Positions 61,371-64,000 of a stretch of 64,000 nt of DNA are shown here, piece by piece. This DNA is from an uncultured Gammaproteobacteria bacterium (GTDB taxonomy: Bacteria > Pseudomonadota > Gammaproteobacteria > CAWCPV01), in the NCBI GenBank assembly GCA_963797555.1, contig CAWCPV010000006.1:64001-128000 (forward strand), written 5' to 3'. The notes beneath the pieces were generated by a model that worked only from the letters and a program-made list of their open reading frames with translations, had not been told where the DNA came from and made no database searches. A program made the translations under genes and the position numbers. How positions within the stretch are numbered: position 1 is the first letter of the stretch; the number at the start of each line of letters is the position of its first letter.

Positions 61371-61475
61371 ACAACGGTCTATAAGTGCTACGAGCTCCAC
61401 GAGGACGCTTGGTCAGGTCCATATGCCGAACAACTTGGCGCCACAACGGTCTATAGTCTACGAGCTCCACGAGGA
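61371..61475. repeat. Two direct repeats of 35 and 33 bp separated by 37 bp
   Basis: ACAACGGTCTATAAGTGCTACGAGCTCCACGAGGA and ACAACGGTCTATAGTCTACGAGCTCCACGAGGA. Confidence 0.8.
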
Positions 61476-61715
61476 TGCCAAGATTGTTCGCTTGCGGGAC
61501 GACGATGGCTGCCTCAAGTAGGCTCTGGCACCGGGGCGTGATCAGGATCGTAAAGAAGGTGGCTCTCCCGGTCGTGTGCCGGTTTTTGCTGCCTGAGTCA
61601 TGCTGACCGAGGCCAAGTGGGAACGGGGGCAGATGGTACAGGTGCACTCGACCTCCCCGGCTCATCGGCAAGTGATGAGGTCGCCCTGTCGGGCGACTCG
61701 GGCGGTAATCGTTTG

Positions 61716-63155
61716 ATGCGACCCTTCAAAATCCTGTTTCTCAGCCTGGGCGCGCTCATCTGGCTCGTGCAGGCGAGCGCCCAACAATTCGCGCTTCCTG
61801 ACATCGGCGACGCGGCAGATGCGATCATGTCCTCAGCAGACGAGCAGCGCCTCGCGGAAGCGTTCATGCGCGAGGTGCGCCAGCAACTTCACGTCATCGA
61901 CGATCCGGAAGTCAGCGCCTATCTGGCAGGACTGGCTGAACGGCTCACCGCGCACCTCCAAGGCGGGCCCGGGCACTTCAGCTTCTTCGCGGTTTCCGAT
62001 CCGGCCATCAACGCCTTTGCCGGACCCGCAGGGTACATCGGGGTAAACTCCGGCCTGATTCTGGCGAGCCGCACGGAGAGTGAGCTAGCTGCGGTGCTCT
62101 CCCACGAAATGGGGCACGTGATACAGCACCACATCGCCCGCACCCTGCGGGAGGCCCAGCGCATGACTCTGCCGGCTGCTGCGGCGTTGCTCGCGGCGAT
62201 CCTGATAGGGCTGAAGAGCCCGGAGGTAGGTACGGCCGCACTGGCTGCCACGACGGCGGGACAAATGCAGCACGAGATCAGTTTCACACGGGAGCACGAA
62301 GAGGAGGCGGATCGGGTCGGCATGCAGATCCTCGCCCGCTCGGGCTTCGATCCCCGGGGCATGCCCAGCTTCTTCGAACGCATGCTGCAAAGCGAGCGGC
62401 TCGCCACACGCCCACCGGCCTTCTTGCTGGACCACCCCGTCACGGAGAGCCGCATCGCCGAGTCGCGCGCGCGGGCCGAGCAGTATCCGCACCGGACCGT
62501 ACCCGATGACCTCAGCTACGAGATTATCAAGGCGCGCCTTCGAGTGCTGGACGAACCCGACCCGCGCTCCGCGGTCAGCTACTTTAGGCCTGCAATGGAT
62601 ACCGGAACAGCGACCGAACGCGTGGCGGCCCGTTACGGTTACGCACTCGCCCTGTTCCAGAGCGGCTCCTACCAAGAGGCTCAGCGGCAAATCGCTCAGC
62701 TATCGGAGGCCGATCCCGAACGCATTGCGTACGTCATCCTGCGTGCTCGGGTCCTGCTCGCCCTTGGACAGAAAGAGAAAGGGCTGAAGATCTTCGCAAG
62801 TGCCCTGCAGTCGAACCCGGGAGACTTGGCCCTGACCCTCGCTTATGCCCAAGCCCTGCTCGACGGCGGTGAGCCTGACCTCGCGCGACGCAAGCTGATA
62901 GAGTACCTGCGCGACGAAGGGTTTCCCGGACCTGAAGCGTACCGTTTACTCGCCCAGGCGCAGGGCGAAGCGGGTTATGCGGCGGACGCCCACCAATCCC
63001 TCGCTGAGTACTATTACGGGATGGGGGACCGGAAGTCCGCCATCAAGCAACTCGAGATGGCTCTGCGCCTGACCAAAGACGATTTCTACCGCACATCGCG
63101 CACGGAGGCGAGACTGGAGCAACTGCATGCCGAAGAGAAAGCCGCGCGGAAATAG
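61716..63155 (+). CDS. bepA: M48 family periplasmic metalloprotease with TPRs (BepA/YfgC)
   Basis: Signal peptide, LPDIG, INAFA, zinc motif HEMGH, EEEADRVG, LLDHP...RI, TPR C-terminus. Confidence 0.9.
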   Translation: MRPFKILFLSLGALIWLVQASAQQFALPDIGDAADAIMSSADEQRLAEAFMREVRQQLHVIDDPEVSAYLAGLAERLTAHLQGGPGHFSFFAVSDPAINAFAGPAGYIGVNSGLILASRTESELAAVLSHEMGHVIQHHIARTLREAQRMTLPAAAALLAAILIGLKSPEVGTAALAATTAGQMQHEISFTREHEEEADRVGMQILARSGFDPRGMPSFFERMLQSERLATRPPAFLLDHPVTESRIAESRARAEQYPHRTVPDDLSYEIIKARLRVLDEPDPRSAVSYFRPAMDTGTATERVAARYGYALALFQSGSYQEAQRQIAQLSEADPERIAYVILRARVLLALGQKEKGLKIFASALQSNPGDLALTLAYAQALLDGGEPDLARRKLIEYLRDEGFPGPEAYRLLAQAQGEAGYAADAHQSLAEYYYGMGDRKSAIKQLEMALRLTKDDFYRTSRTEARLEQLHAEEKAARK

Positions 63156-63426
63156 CCCAATGTACCCACAAAACAGGCGCGTTGTATGCTCCTGGGGCAG
63201 ACCCCGGGGTGATGTCGTGGGATCGCTTTGGTGGCCAGGCAGACCGCCAGAAACCGGATTGGCTTGTCACGGCTGCCAGCTCCAGTTGCGCGAACCGCCT
63301 GCCGACCAACGGCGTCGCGATAGAGAGCACCACTCCACTGGTGCGGGGGATCGGCGGTCGTCTGGCGCAGATGTGGGCCAGCGAATTCCCGGCCGCTGCG
63401 GAGCCTTAGGAACGGTTCACTAACAA

Positions 63427-64000
63427 CCTGATTCCGTGACTTCGCGTCTCAGCGGATGGCCGCAACCTGCTGATTTATCATTGCAGTTCAGCTAAAATCG
63501 GGCCGCACTCCAGGTCACCCGGCAGGTGAACGATGAAGCGGTTCATCTTGGAGCAGTCCGATGAGGAATTTTACACCTCCCATTCTGGTCTGGCCTTGGT
63601 CGGTCTTTGCGTCAACCGCTTTAGCGGGTTGGGCAAGGCGCTGAAGCAGGCGATCCCGCTACGCCACGGCATCTCCCATGAAGACGTAGCCAAGAGCTAT
63701 CTGGGGTTGATGTGTTTGGGCAAGAGCGACTTCGAAGCGGTCTCCAACGTCCGAGAGGACGATTTCTTCCGCCAGGCGTTGGGGCTGGAGCGGGTACCCT
63801 CGCCAGAAACGCTGAGGCAGCGTCTCGACGAGCACGCAGCGGTCCTGCGGGAGGTCATTGACGAGGCCGATATCGAGTTCATGGTCAACGCCAAGGCACC
63901 GGTCAGTGCGCTCAAGACCGGTCATGTGCCGGTGGACATCGATGTCTTTCCCATGGACAACTCCGGGACCAAGCAAGAAGGAGTCTCGCGCACCTACCAC
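63427..64000 (+). mobile_element. IS1380-family element, left end; transposase from ATG63533 runs off the window
   Basis: Terminus CCTGATTCCGTGACTTCG; MKRFILEQSDEEFYTSHSGLALVG...GKSDFEAV...DIDVFPMDNSGTKQEGVSRTY. Confidence 0.9.

Noticed and set aside
61371-61475. Bona fide CRISPR array
   Set aside because: Only two imperfect repeats, no cas genes or leader; kept as a plain repeat.
63156-63426. Possible RT/maturase C-terminal remnant on the minus strand
   Set aside because: Resemblance (FWRSAW) is too short and weak to support.

Overview
GC-rich bacterial chromosome segment, most likely from a sulfur-oxidising gammaproteobacterium (inferred from the lbpA-lipS1-slpl(AB)-lipT-lipS2 lipoate cluster, tusA-dsrE2 and bepA). 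Left to right: (1) 0.2-5.8 kb: a secreted NPF-repeat protein, a DUF6516/HTH toxin-antitoxin-like pair, a REP-RAYT-REP unit abutting a truncated vapC, and an ATP-dependent DNA ligase. (2) 6.1-18.1 kb: a type I restriction-modification operon with extra modules embedded (hsdM-abiEi-abiEii-DUF262/GmrSD-like-hsdS-fic-hsdR); HsdR ends in a Schlafen/AlbA_2 domain with an intact ExxxxExK motif. (3) 18.7-33 kb: a graveyard of IS elements and pseudogenes (ISL3, IS630, IS1380, IS110, group II intron 5' end, RHS and patatin fragments) plus a cNMP-TrxB/UBP-zinc-finger pair and an MFS transporter. (4) 33-41.5 kb: a Na/Ca antiporter and the sHdr-type lipoate assembly cluster, with a decayed lbpA1 and no shdr genes beside it. 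(5) tRNA-Ala(CGC) and tRNA-Arg(CCT), then an ~18 kb PICI-like phage satellite (integrase, excisionase, primpol-DUF3987, Nu1-like TerS, capsid; no portal, TerL or tail) hit by four IS elements whose ends can be read directly. (6) dsrE2-tusA, bepA and the start of an IS1380. Many otherwise intact genes carry a single-base indel, so some frameshifts may be sequencing errors. All family assignments come from motif recognition by eye; no database search was run.
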